Assembly: GCA_964276235.1 (NCBI GenBank)
Contig: CAXYEK010000002.1
Location: 2,115-66,114 of the forward strand
Source: an uncultured SAR86 cluster bacterium
Lineage (GTDB): Bacteria > Pseudomonadota > Gammaproteobacteria > Magnimaribacterales > D2472
Length of the DNA: 64,000 bases
Direction of reading: 5' to 3'
In this document: positions 19,908-29,105 of the stretch, piece after piece
How positions within the stretch are numbered: the stretch's first letter is position 1
How the letters are laid out: each line of letters begins with the position of its first letter
The notes under the pieces: generated by a model
Told to the model about the DNA's origin: nothing
Seen by the model: only the letters and a program-made list of their open reading frames with translations
Database searches by the model: none
Program-made: the position numbers and the translations under genes

Positions 19908-20996
19908 TTAGAAATTTTGTAATTTAGCTGCTTCTTCTCTAACTAGTTCTGGAGAGCCAAGATTTTGTCTATTTACACCAATCCTTTTAAACCAATAATG
20001 AACACCCATAAGATCTGTAAACCCCATTCCGCCATGAACTTCAGTTGCTTTTTTCCCTATCATTTTCGAGACTTCAGATACATGAGACTTAGCATGACAT
20101 GCCATAAGCCTTGATTCATCTGGAGAATTATCAAAACAGTGGGCAGCATGCCAAACCAATGAATAGCATGGTTCTAAATCAGCAGCCATTTCAGCACACA
20201 TATGTTTAACTGCTTGAAATGATCCAATGACTCTGCCAAATTGCTTCCTTTCTTTAGAGTACTCTACAGCTTTATTAATTAATATTTGTGAGGCGCCTAT
20301 ACTATCTGCAGCTAATATTATTCTTCCAGCATCAATAGATTTATTAATTGCATCCTTGCTAGATATTGTTTGTTCAAGAACATCCACATCTACATTATCT
20401 AATTTAATTTCCGAATAGCTTCTTGTCTTATCAACTGTAGTTAGTTCAATTACTTCAAGGCCCGAGGAGTTTGATAAAACCACTCCAATTACCCCATTTT
20501 TGTCAGAAAACATTAGGTGTGATGCATCCTTCGCATCTAATACAAAAAGAGCTCTTCCAGAAATCTTACCATCTTTTATTTCAATACTTGAGTTATCTCT
20601 TGCACCAATAAATTCAGAAAAACCAACTCCAAAGCGAATTTTATTTTCTGACATTTGAGTTAGATATTTATTTTTTTGTTCACTGCTTCCACCATGACTA
20701 ATTGCAAGAGGGGCCATTATGTAAGAGCCAGTAAAAGAAATTGGAGCAACTCCACCTCCTAAGCTTTGACTTACTGCTGTAGCAAAAAGTAAATCAAGTC
20801 CTAGACCTCCAAATTCTTCAGGAATAAGTAATGAATTTAATCCTAGATTTACTAATCCTGTATTTAATTCTTTTCGAGTATTTTCAGCTTCTCCTTCAGT
20901 AATTGCTCTAATAGTATCAAGATTTGCTTGGTCTTCTAAAAATTTAGAAACATTCTCTTGAAAAAATATTTGATCTTCAGATAATCCAAAATACAT
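19908..20996 (-). CDS. Acyl-CoA dehydrogenase, small/beta subunit of a heteromeric pair
   Basis: PEEFGGLG, RKQFGRVIGSFQAVKH, VHGGMGFT; lacks the typical EPxAGSD motif. Confidence 0.88.
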   Translation of the reverse strand: MYFGLSEDQIFFQENVSKFLEDQANLDTIRAITEGEAENTRKELNTGLVNLGLNSLLIPEEFGGLGLDLLFATAVSQSLGGGVAPISFTGSYIMAPLAISHGGSSEQKNKYLTQMSENKIRFGVGFSEFIGARDNSSIEIKDGKISGRALFVLDAKDASHLMFSDKNGVIGVVLSNSSGLEVIELTTVDKTRSYSEIKLDNVDVDVLEQTISSKDAINKSIDAGRIILAADSIGASQILINKAVEYSKERKQFGRVIGSFQAVKHMCAEMAADLEPCYSLVWHAAHCFDNSPDESRLMACHAKSHVSEVSKMIGKKATEVHGGMGFTDLMGVHYWFKRIGVNRQNLGSPELVREEAAKLQNF

Positions 20997-20997
20997 T

Positions 20998-22221
20998 TTA
21001 AACTCCTTGAACCTTTGGCTCTCTTGGCATTCCTAGACCTCTTTCAGAAATAATATTTTTCTGAATTTGACTGGTACCACCACCTATTATTAATCCAAGA
21101 TAATACATGTATAAGAATTGCCAGGATCCTTTATCTCTCAAATTAGGACTATCTTCATACAATGTTCCAATTTCTCCCATGACATCTACAGCAAATCCTT
21201 CAAGTTCATGTCTTAACTCTGTACCTACTAATTTTTGAATCATTCCAGCAATTTTTGTATCTTGACCTTTATTTAATTTAGAAGATAAAACTCTTAATGA
21301 GTTAGATTGAAACGCCATAACTTTAGCCTGAAGGGTTATAACCTTATCTCTATAAACTGGGATATCAATTAATCTTTGACCATCTAATGTTTCTTCTTTC
21401 ATTCTATTGATTAGAGAATTCACCCTATTAACAGTTGCATTTGGATTTGTTAGAGAGCCTCTTTCATGTCCTAGAGTAGAATTTGCAACAGCCCATCCTT
21501 CGCCTCTGCTACCAACAATATTATCTCCAGGTATGGTTACATCAGTAAAAAATACTTCATTGAATCCTGCCTTAAGTGTCATATCTACTAATGGTCTTAT
21601 TTCTAGACCAGGAGTATCCATTGGAACCAATAAGTAACTAATTCCTGCATGCTTTGAAGCTTCTGGCTCTGTTCTCACAAGACAAAACATCATCTGGGAA
21701 AACTGAGCGGTACTAGTCCAAATTTTTTGTCCATTAATCACCCAATTATCATCAATTAGCTCGCCTTTAGTTTGCAAGCTAGCTAAGTCACTACCAGCAT
21801 TAGGTTCTGAATAACCTTGGCACCAGATCATTTCTCCATGAAGAGTAGGCTTAATATATTTATTTTTTTGTTCTTCTGTTCCAAGTTCCAGTAATGTTGG
21901 AACAAGCATGTCGATACCTTGGCCTCCCATTGCAGCTGGAATACCAGCATTTGAAAACTCAGTAGCTGTAATTCTGTTTTTTATAACATCTGAATCTCCT
22001 CCAAACCCTCCATATTCTTTTGGAATTGATCTAGCAAAATAACCATTTTCAATTAGAATTTTCTGCCATTCTGATCTAGTCACAACTGGCCCAGCAGAGT
22101 TATTATCGGTTGCCATAGGCGTCTTAGCTGCATCACTAAAATGGACACCATGATACTTTTTACAGAATATTTGAACTTCCTTCTTATATTCTTCGTATTG
22201 TGATCCGTACTCTAAATCCAT
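20998..22221 (-). CDS. Acyl-CoA dehydrogenase, large/alpha subunit of a heteromeric pair
   Basis: WCQGYSEPNAGSDLASL, NGQKIWTS, FNEVFF, LGHER, GGTSQIQKNII. Confidence 0.9.
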   Translation of the reverse strand: MDLEYGSQYEEYKKEVQIFCKKYHGVHFSDAAKTPMATDNNSAGPVVTRSEWQKILIENGYFARSIPKEYGGFGGDSDVIKNRITATEFSNAGIPAAMGGQGIDMLVPTLLELGTEEQKNKYIKPTLHGEMIWCQGYSEPNAGSDLASLQTKGELIDDNWVINGQKIWTSTAQFSQMMFCLVRTEPEASKHAGISYLLVPMDTPGLEIRPLVDMTLKAGFNEVFFTDVTIPGDNIVGSRGEGWAVANSTLGHERGSLTNPNATVNRVNSLINRMKEETLDGQRLIDIPVYRDKVITLQAKVMAFQSNSLRVLSSKLNKGQDTKIAGMIQKLVGTELRHELEGFAVDVMGEIGTLYEDSPNLRDKGSWQFLYMYYLGLIIGGGTSQIQKNIISERGLGMPREPKVQGV

Positions 22222-22224
22222 ATC

Positions 22225-23028
22225 CTACTCCTTATTTTTTTTATCCCAATCCGGCTTTCTTTTTTCTAAAAATGCAGCAATTCCTTCCTTAGCATCATCA
22301 CCTTCAAAGCATTTAGCAATTTGTTCTTTAAGATAAGGTAGGGCTTCATCAAAGTTCATAGAATCTTGTTTTTCATAAGCCTCTAATCCAAATCGCATAG
22401 TTCCTGGAGCTAAACTAGCCAGCTCACTAGCTAAACTATTAACAGTATTATTCAAATCTTTACTATCCACAGATTGATTAATTAAACCCCATTGTTCTGC
22501 TTTATTCGCATCAATTGGCTGTCCTCTCATTATAAAATCAAGACCCGCTCTTTTTGGCATCACTCTAAAGAGACCAGCCATAACCATAAAAGGCCACAAA
22601 CCACGTTTGATCTCTGGCGCAGAAAATTTTGCCCCTTTAACTGCTATAGAATGAGTTGAATTAGCAACCATTAAAAGCGCCCCAGCTAATACAGAGCCCT
22701 GTATCTTGCAGATAACAGGTTTATAAAGATGTCTTAATGCAATACTAATATCATTTGCATCTTTTAGTTCTGGAACATTTGATTCTGATTTTTGTCTCTT
22801 TAAATCAGCACCTGCACAAAAAATGTCACCTTCTGCAGCAATGACAATTACTCTTATAGAGTCTTCTTGTTTTGCAAAAGCTAAAGCATAGTTAATTTCA
22901 TTTACCATGACATTATTTAGCGCATTCTTTTTTTCTGGACGGTTAAGAGTAATAGTTAATATATTATTACGAACATCTATTTTTGTTGCTTGAAAATCCA
23001 AGCCCTCTAAAGATAATTTATTAGACAT
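22225..23028 (-). CDS. Enoyl-CoA hydratase/isomerase (AtuE/LiuC-like position)
   Basis: LNRPEKKNAL, FCAGADLK, PEIKRGL, EGIAAFLEKRKPDW. Confidence 0.88.
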   Translation of the reverse strand: MSNKLSLEGLDFQATKIDVRNNILTITLNRPEKKNALNNVMVNEINYALAFAKQEDSIRVIVIAAEGDIFCAGADLKRQKSESNVPELKDANDISIALRHLYKPVICKIQGSVLAGALLMVANSTHSIAVKGAKFSAPEIKRGLWPFMVMAGLFRVMPKRAGLDFIMRGQPIDANKAEQWGLINQSVDSKDLNNTVNSLASELASLAPGTMRFGLEAYEKQDSMNFDEALPYLKEQIAKCFEGDDAKEGIAAFLEKRKPDWDKKNKE

Positions 23029-24803
23029 TATTTACTTTCCTTGATTATTGAAATTGGTAAATCCACTATTTTTGCTCTTAAGTATTCACCTAGTGATTTA
23101 GCTTGTCCATCCTTTTTATTATTGGAGGAGACTCCATCTTCAAGTATTCCATGAATATAAAAATTTAAAGATTTAATATTTGGAAGATCGTATCTATCTA
23201 TTTCATAATTATTGAGATCTGGCAGTAATTCTTTAAGCTTTTCAACAGTAAGAAAATTATATAAAAATGAATAAGATAAATCAGTTTTTGCCCATACTCC
23301 TAAATTAGCACAACCACCTTTGTCTCCTGATCGAGCTCCAAAATATGATCCTAAAGGGCCTTTATCGGTTTTACCTTCTGGAGCAGGCGCTATTTCGACT
23401 AGATTTTTTTGATAAAAGCTTTCTTCAAATCCCATTTGGCTTGTAGGGATTATTTCAATAGTTTCACCGTCTATATGTACATACTCATTAATAAATTTAC
23501 TATCAACAAGAGCTGGCCAGTAAACAATAACAGGACCTGGTTTTTTACCGCCCCCGCTAGAAAAGAATCCTGGGTAATTTGCTAAAGATAACTCAATTAT
23601 TTTTGCACTAAATAATCTACCGACTAAATCTGGATTCATAGATTTCACTGATATCGATAATGTTGCCATAGCTTCTTCATTAGAATTCGGATTTTCTTTA
23701 TTAGTTCTGTGTAAATTAATTGAGACATCATCGAACTGTTCTTTTCCACCAACTGAATTAAAAAGAGCATCAGTAAAAATTTTAGCTTTCTCTTCAATAT
23801 CTAATCCGGTTATTACAAGGTCCATTCCATTTCTATAGCCACCTGCTAGATTTATGCATGCTTTGTGCGTTGGAGGAGGGGTGCTTCCTCTGCATCCCGA
23901 AACATATACTCTGTCCTTGCCTTCTTGTTCTATTCTTAAGGTATCAAAGTGACCAATTACATCTGGGTTAATATAAGCAGGAGAGCTAATCTCATAAAGC
24001 AACTGCGCTGTTACAGTTCCAATTGAAACCAAGCCACCTGTTCCTGGATGTTTGGTGATAGTGAAACTTCCATCTTTTTCTATTTCAGCTATGGGATAAC
24101 CAACATTATCGAAGGTTGGGACTTCTTTAAAAAAAGAATAATTCCCTCCAGTAGCCTGGCATCCACATTCAATAATATGACCAGCAGCCAAAGCACCAGC
24201 TAATGAATCATAATCTGTTCTATTCCATCCAAATTTCCAAGCAGCAGGACCAATAACAACTGCTGCATCAGTTACTCTTGGGCAAACAACTATGTCAGCG
24301 CCTTTATCTAATGCTTCTTTTATACCCCATGCACCTAAATATGCATTTGCAGTTAGTGTTTGGCAGCCAGATTCATTAAGAGGAATCTTTTTATCAATGT
24401 TATTAAACAATTCACCCTCATTATTTAATTCAGTTATTCTTGGCATGAGATCATCGCCATCGATATATGCCACTTTTAAATCTATAGAAAGTTCTTTTAA
24501 TATTTTTTCTATCTCTAATGCCATAGAGGAGGGATTCAAACCACCAGCATTGGTCACAATTTTTATATTTTTGTCTTTACATGACTGAGCTACTTCTTTG
24601 ACTTGTTTAAGAAATGTCCCAACATAACCTTTATCTTCTCCTCTTTGCATTCTTTGGTTAAAAAGAATTGCCATAGTTAATTCAGCGAGATAATCACCTG
24701 TAAGAACATCTATAGGACCGCCCTCAACCATTTCCTTGGCTGCAGAGAGTTTATCTCCATAATATCCACTACAGTTAGCTATTTTTATTACATCTCTACT
24801 CAT
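23028..24803 (-). CDS. atuA: Acyclic terpene utilization AtuA-family protein
   Basis: IANCSGYYGD, DYLAELTM, NAGGLNP, RVTDAA, GHIIECGCQATGGN, QLLYEI, C-terminal ARSGDKG and DGQAK; likely ATG at 24803. Confidence 0.88.
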   Translation of the reverse strand: MSRDVIKIANCSGYYGDKLSAAKEMVEGGPIDVLTGDYLAELTMAILFNQRMQRGEDKGYVGTFLKQVKEVAQSCKDKNIKIVTNAGGLNPSSMALEIEKILKELSIDLKVAYIDGDDLMPRITELNNEGELFNNIDKKIPLNESGCQTLTANAYLGAWGIKEALDKGADIVVCPRVTDAAVVIGPAAWKFGWNRTDYDSLAGALAAGHIIECGCQATGGNYSFFKEVPTFDNVGYPIAEIEKDGSFTITKHPGTGGLVSIGTVTAQLLYEISSPAYINPDVIGHFDTLRIEQEGKDRVYVSGCRGSTPPPTHKACINLAGGYRNGMDLVITGLDIEEKAKIFTDALFNSVGGKEQFDDVSINLHRTNKENPNSNEEAMATLSISVKSMNPDLVGRLFSAKIIELSLANYPGFFSSGGGKKPGPVIVYWPALVDSKFINEYVHIDGETIEIIPTSQMGFEESFYQKNLVEIAPAPEGKTDKGPLGSYFGARSGDKGGCANLGVWAKTDLSYSFLYNFLTVEKLKELLPDLNNYEIDRYDLPNIKSLNFYIHGILEDGVSSNNKKDGQAKSLGEYLRAKIVDLPISIIKESK

Positions 24804-24804
24804 T

Positions 24805-25416
24805 TTATTTCTCCAGCTTGATCCCATTTAAAATTATTTCTGTAATAGAATTCGCTGATTTTTCAGGGGTATCAGAAAGTTTTTTGACATTACTATCTTT
24901 GGCAAAATCTCTACCAATGCCTCCTAAAAGAAGAGCTAGCGCTTGAGTGTCAATTTTCTTGATTTCTTTTTGAGCAATAGCTTCATCTAATAATTCTTTA
25001 GTAAAAGAAGTAATGTAGTCCTCATGATAATCAATCATTTTCTTTGATTTATCATTGTCATTTAAATTTTGAAGATAAACCTTAAATTTGGGACCTACTG
25101 CTTGATTTGCATGCAATAAGTATTTTTTTAGTTTATCAATAGGAGATTTAATATCAGTTATAGTTGCTATGGCTTCCTTACCTAAGCGAATCAGAATTCT
25201 ATTAACCGTCAATCTGATTAAATGATCTTTACTTGGAGCAATCTCATAAAGAGTTCTCAATGATACTTTTAATTTAGCTGCCAACTCAGACATTGTATGG
25301 TCAGGTATGCCTTTTTCTAACATTAATTCTAGCTTATCAATAACTTGATTATGCTTTTGACTGATAGGTTTTATAGATTTACCTGCGATAGTTTGTATAT
25401 TTTCAATTGCATGCAT
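24805..25416 (-). CDS. TetR/AcrR-family transcriptional regulator embedded in the operon
   Basis: HTH TMSELAAKLKVSLRTLYEIAPSKDHL; ~200 aa. Confidence 0.85.
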   Translation of the reverse strand: MHAIENIQTIAGKSIKPISQKHNQVIDKLELMLEKGIPDHTMSELAAKLKVSLRTLYEIAPSKDHLIRLTVNRILIRLGKEAIATITDIKSPIDKLKKYLLHANQAVGPKFKVYLQNLNDNDKSKKMIDYHEDYITSFTKELLDEAIAQKEIKKIDTQALALLLGGIGRDFAKDSNVKKLSDTPEKSANSITEIILNGIKLEK

Positions 25417-25418
25417 TA

Positions 25419-27347
25419 TTAATCTGAATCTAAAACCATTAAGAGGGCACCATTTTCGACTTGATCATTACCACTTACAAACAATTCAGTAATTACTCCA
25501 TCTTCTGAAGCTCTTATTGAGTGCTCCATTTTCATGGCTTCTAAAATAACTAAAGTATCTCCAGCCTTAACTTTCGATCCTTTTTTAACTTTCAGATCAA
25601 TAACCTTGCCAGGCATGGGTGCTACAAGACCTCCTGTCTGAAGTTCTAATCCTGGAACTATAAATCTAGGCAAAATTTCAAGTAATATATCACCAAAAGG
25701 CATATGAATAAGAATCATATTCTCTTGAAGCGTTACCTTTGAAAAATGCCTTCTTCCATTAAATTCAAGATCAATACCATCTTCATAACATTCATAAATA
25801 AAAGCTATCGATGATTCATGCATATTATATGAACCATCTCTTTGTAATTTATATACAACATTAATTTCTTCATCTTTATATTTAAATTTAATATTTTGTT
25901 TTGGCGTTCTTCCATTGGTCCAGCCAGATGGTAAATGACCTAAAACATGATCATTTAATCTATTTAATTCTTGTATCCACAATGCAGCTATTGAAGTTAC
26001 ATGTTTTATTTGTTCCTCACTCAATTCAAGAGATCTGGGAGGCTTCACTCTAGTAATAAAGTCAGTTGTAGTATCGCCATCTAAAAATTCTTTTGTTTTT
26101 AGAGTTGCAACTAAAAAATCTCTATTAGTAGTAAGACCTCCAATATGAGCTGCTTCTAATGCTCTCGCAAGTTTTGAAGCTGCATCGGTTCTTGTCGCTC
26201 CATATGAAATAACTTTAGCCAACATTGGGTCGAATGACGTGCCAACTATAGACCCAGACTCAACTCCTGTATCCCAACGAGCCTCTGCATGAGGGTCTTC
26301 CTCAAAAGCAATTAATGTTCCTGTTTCTGGCAAAAAGTCATTACTAGGATCCTCTGCATAGAGTCTTGCTTCAATAGAGTGCCCAATCCAACTAACATCA
26401 TCTTGTTCATATCCAAGCTCTTCACCTCTAGCAATTCTTAATTGTTCGTAAACAAGATCCATGCCTGTAACTTCTTCTGTTACAGGATGCTCTACCTGAA
26501 GTCTTGTATTAACCTCAAGAAACCAAAATTCACCTGTTTTGTCATCAAATAGAAATTCAACTGTTCCAGCTGATTGATATTTAATTTTTTTTGCAAGCTT
26601 TACTGCTGCTAGACCCATCGCTTCTCTTATTTCAGGCGAAACTCTCGGTGATGGAGACTCTTCTATTATTTTTTGATGCCTTCTTTGAATAGAGCACTCT
26701 CTTTCACCCAAATGAACAATATTTCCATATGAATCTCCAAGAATCTGTATTTCAATATGTCTAGATTTTTCTACATATCTTTCTATAAAAACTCTTTCAT
26801 CACCAAAGCCAGACTTAGCTTCTCGTTGGGCACTAATAATTGATTCTTTTAAATCTTTTTGAGACTGAACTATCCTCATTCCTTTTCCACCACCTCCAGC
26901 AGCTGCTTTTATTAGAAGTGGATAACCAATATTCTTTGCCTCAGCAGGCTTTGATGTCATTGGTAAAGTTGGAACATCAGCTTTTGTTGCTAATTCCTTA
27001 GCTTTCAATTTATCACCCATAACAGAAATAACATGAGGAGATGGACCAACCCAAACCATATTTTCTTTAAGTACTTTTCTGGCAAAGGAAGCATTTTCTG
27101 ATAAAAAGCCATAACCTGGGTGAATTGCTTGAGCTCCTGTTCTTTTAGCAGCATCAATGACAAGATCTATATCAAGATAGCCTCCATCTGGAAGATGAAC
27201 AGCTTCATCAGCTGCTCTTACGAACGGAGCATCAGCATCAGCATCAACATAGATAGCAATACATCGAATACCCATTTCATGGGCAGTTTCTATTATTCTG
27301 ACGGCTATTTCGCCTCTGTTAGCGATTAGAAGTGAATTAAATATCAT
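25419..27347 (-). CDS. Acyl-CoA carboxylase alpha subunit (biotin carboxylase + BCCP; AtuF/LiuD-like)
   Basis: IANRGEIA, HPGYGFLSEN, GGGGKGMR, EVNTRLQVEHPVTE, EAMKM biotinylation motif. Confidence 0.93.
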   Translation of the reverse strand: MIFNSLLIANRGEIAVRIIETAHEMGIRCIAIYVDADADAPFVRAADEAVHLPDGGYLDIDLVIDAAKRTGAQAIHPGYGFLSENASFARKVLKENMVWVGPSPHVISVMGDKLKAKELATKADVPTLPMTSKPAEAKNIGYPLLIKAAAGGGGKGMRIVQSQKDLKESIISAQREAKSGFGDERVFIERYVEKSRHIEIQILGDSYGNIVHLGERECSIQRRHQKIIEESPSPRVSPEIREAMGLAAVKLAKKIKYQSAGTVEFLFDDKTGEFWFLEVNTRLQVEHPVTEEVTGMDLVYEQLRIARGEELGYEQDDVSWIGHSIEARLYAEDPSNDFLPETGTLIAFEEDPHAEARWDTGVESGSIVGTSFDPMLAKVISYGATRTDAASKLARALEAAHIGGLTTNRDFLVATLKTKEFLDGDTTTDFITRVKPPRSLELSEEQIKHVTSIAALWIQELNRLNDHVLGHLPSGWTNGRTPKQNIKFKYKDEEINVVYKLQRDGSYNMHESSIAFIYECYEDGIDLEFNGRRHFSKVTLQENMILIHMPFGDILLEILPRFIVPGLELQTGGLVAPMPGKVIDLKVKKGSKVKAGDTLVILEAMKMEHSIRASEDGVITELFVSGNDQVENGALLMVLDSD

Positions 27348-29002
27348 AGTCTAAATACCCCATATTCTGTTGCACCTTCAATAGGTATGTTACTGACAAC
27401 TGATAAACAAAATCCTAATATTGTTCTTGTATCTCTTGGATCAATAATTCCATCATCAGTAACCATACTGCTAGCAACTAATCCATGAGACATTCCTTCA
27501 GCCGCCGCTTCAACCATTTCCCTAATCTGAGAATCAAGTTTTTCATCAAATTTTTCTCCAGTTCTTTTTGCTTTAGCTCTCCTTACAATAGACATAACTT
27601 TAGCAATTTGCTCTGATCCCATGACACCAATTTTTGCTGTAGGCCATAAAAAAGTGAATCTATTATTGTATGCTCTTCCTGACATTGCATAAGTTCCAGC
27701 TCCATATGACGCACCCACAATAATCGTTATATGAGGAACCATAGAATTAGATACAGAATTTATTAATTGAGAACCTTTTTTAATAATAGCTTGTCTTTCA
27801 AAATCTTTACCGACCAAAAAACCAGTTACATTTTGGAGAAAAATAAGTGGTATGTTTCGTTTATTACATAATTGAATAAAAGTTGCAGCCTTTTCGGCAC
27901 ATTCTGGATAAATCGGGCCATTATTTCCAACTATTCCAACTTGATAGCCATGAACGCCTGACCAGCCACATATCATGGTGGGACCATACAAAGGCTTATA
28001 TTCTTCGAATTGAGAACCGTCTGCAAATCTTGCTATAACTTCTCTAATATCAACAGGGGATTTAAGGTCTTCACTAATTAGACCTAAAAGCTCTTCTTGA
28101 TCATAAACAGGCTCCATAGAAGTTTTTGAAGGCTCATCACCACCTTTTTTCCAATTAAGATGAGATACGACTTCTCTACATATTCGCAGAGCATCCATTT
28201 CATCTTCTGCTAAGTAATCAGACAAGCCAGATACTTCTGAATGCATTTGAGCACCACCAAGGCTTTCAGCATCAGACTCTTCTCCAGTTGCAGCTTTTAC
28301 AAGAGGAGGGCCAGCAAGAAAAACCTGTGATTGGTCTTTGATAAAAATATTGTAATCTGACATTCCTGGTTGGTAGGCTCCACCTGCAGTTGATGATCCA
28401 AAGACAACAGAAATAACTGGGATTCTTAATTTTGAAAGCTCAGTCATTTCATAAAAGAATCTTCCAGTTGCAGCAAAATGAGTGTTTTGAATTGTTGGTG
28501 ATATAGGTGCTTGACCACTTTTACTTCCGGTACCCATGCTCAAATCCCCACCAGCAGATTCAACGAAACTTATGAATGGAATTTTATTCTCTCGAGAAAT
28601 TTCAATTGCTCTTTTCCATTTTTCGCCAACATAAACCGTCATTGCCCCAGCTTTTACAGAAGGATCGTTGCCAAAAATAACACATTCAACTCCTGAAACT
28701 ATCCCTATCCCTGAAACACATCCGCCACCAACTGTAAAATCTGTTCCATAGCCTGCAAAAGGGCTGATCTCTAAAAAAGGACTATCATCATCTATAACAT
28801 TCATTATTCTTTCACGGATAGGCATCTTGCCTCTTTTAGCTAATCTTTCATGATGATAGGTACCACCACCTAGTTCAGCCTGATCCAAAAGATCATCTAT
28901 GAAATCTAATTTTTCAAGCATAACTTTTTTATTTTTTTGATATTCTTCTGATTTTGTATCTAAATTTGTTCGAAGTTGTGGAGCTATGTTTTTAGAATGC
29001 AT
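27344..29002 (-). CDS. Acyl-CoA carboxylase beta subunit (carboxyltransferase; AtuC/LiuB-like)
   Basis: RGKMPIRER, VFGSSTAGGAYQPGMSD, FLAGPPLVKAATGE, DDGIIDPRDTR. Confidence 0.92.
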   Translation of the reverse strand: MHSKNIAPQLRTNLDTKSEEYQKNKKVMLEKLDFIDDLLDQAELGGGTYHHERLAKRGKMPIRERIMNVIDDDSPFLEISPFAGYGTDFTVGGGCVSGIGIVSGVECVIFGNDPSVKAGAMTVYVGEKWKRAIEISRENKIPFISFVESAGGDLSMGTGSKSGQAPISPTIQNTHFAATGRFFYEMTELSKLRIPVISVVFGSSTAGGAYQPGMSDYNIFIKDQSQVFLAGPPLVKAATGEESDAESLGGAQMHSEVSGLSDYLAEDEMDALRICREVVSHLNWKKGGDEPSKTSMEPVYDQEELLGLISEDLKSPVDIREVIARFADGSQFEEYKPLYGPTMICGWSGVHGYQVGIVGNNGPIYPECAEKAATFIQLCNKRNIPLIFLQNVTGFLVGKDFERQAIIKKGSQLINSVSNSMVPHITIIVGASYGAGTYAMSGRAYNNRFTFLWPTAKIGVMGSEQIAKVMSIVRRAKAKRTGEKFDEKLDSQIREMVEAAAEGMSHGLVASSMVTDDGIIDPRDTRTILGFCLSVVSNIPIEGATEYGVFRL

Positions 29003-29003
29003 T

Positions 29004-29060
29004 TGGTAATAGTTATAAAAGATTTAGCTTATGGTAATATATTATAATTAATATTACCAT
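29004..29060. promoter_or_regulatory. Putative repressor (TetR) operator upstream of the atu-like operon
   Basis: Perfect inverted repeat ATGGTAATAT-N10-ATATTACCAT (29031-29060) plus an extra half-site TGGTAATA at 29004-29011 next to the start codon. Confidence 0.55.
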
Positions 29061-29105
29061 TAATAAAAATTCTTAATTACCTAAAATTTATTTAATTTGA
29101 TGTTC

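Noticed and set aside
27228-27247. GCATCA tandem repeat
   Set aside because: It simply encodes the Asp-Ala repeat (VDADADA) in the biotin carboxylase and is too short for a contingency locus.
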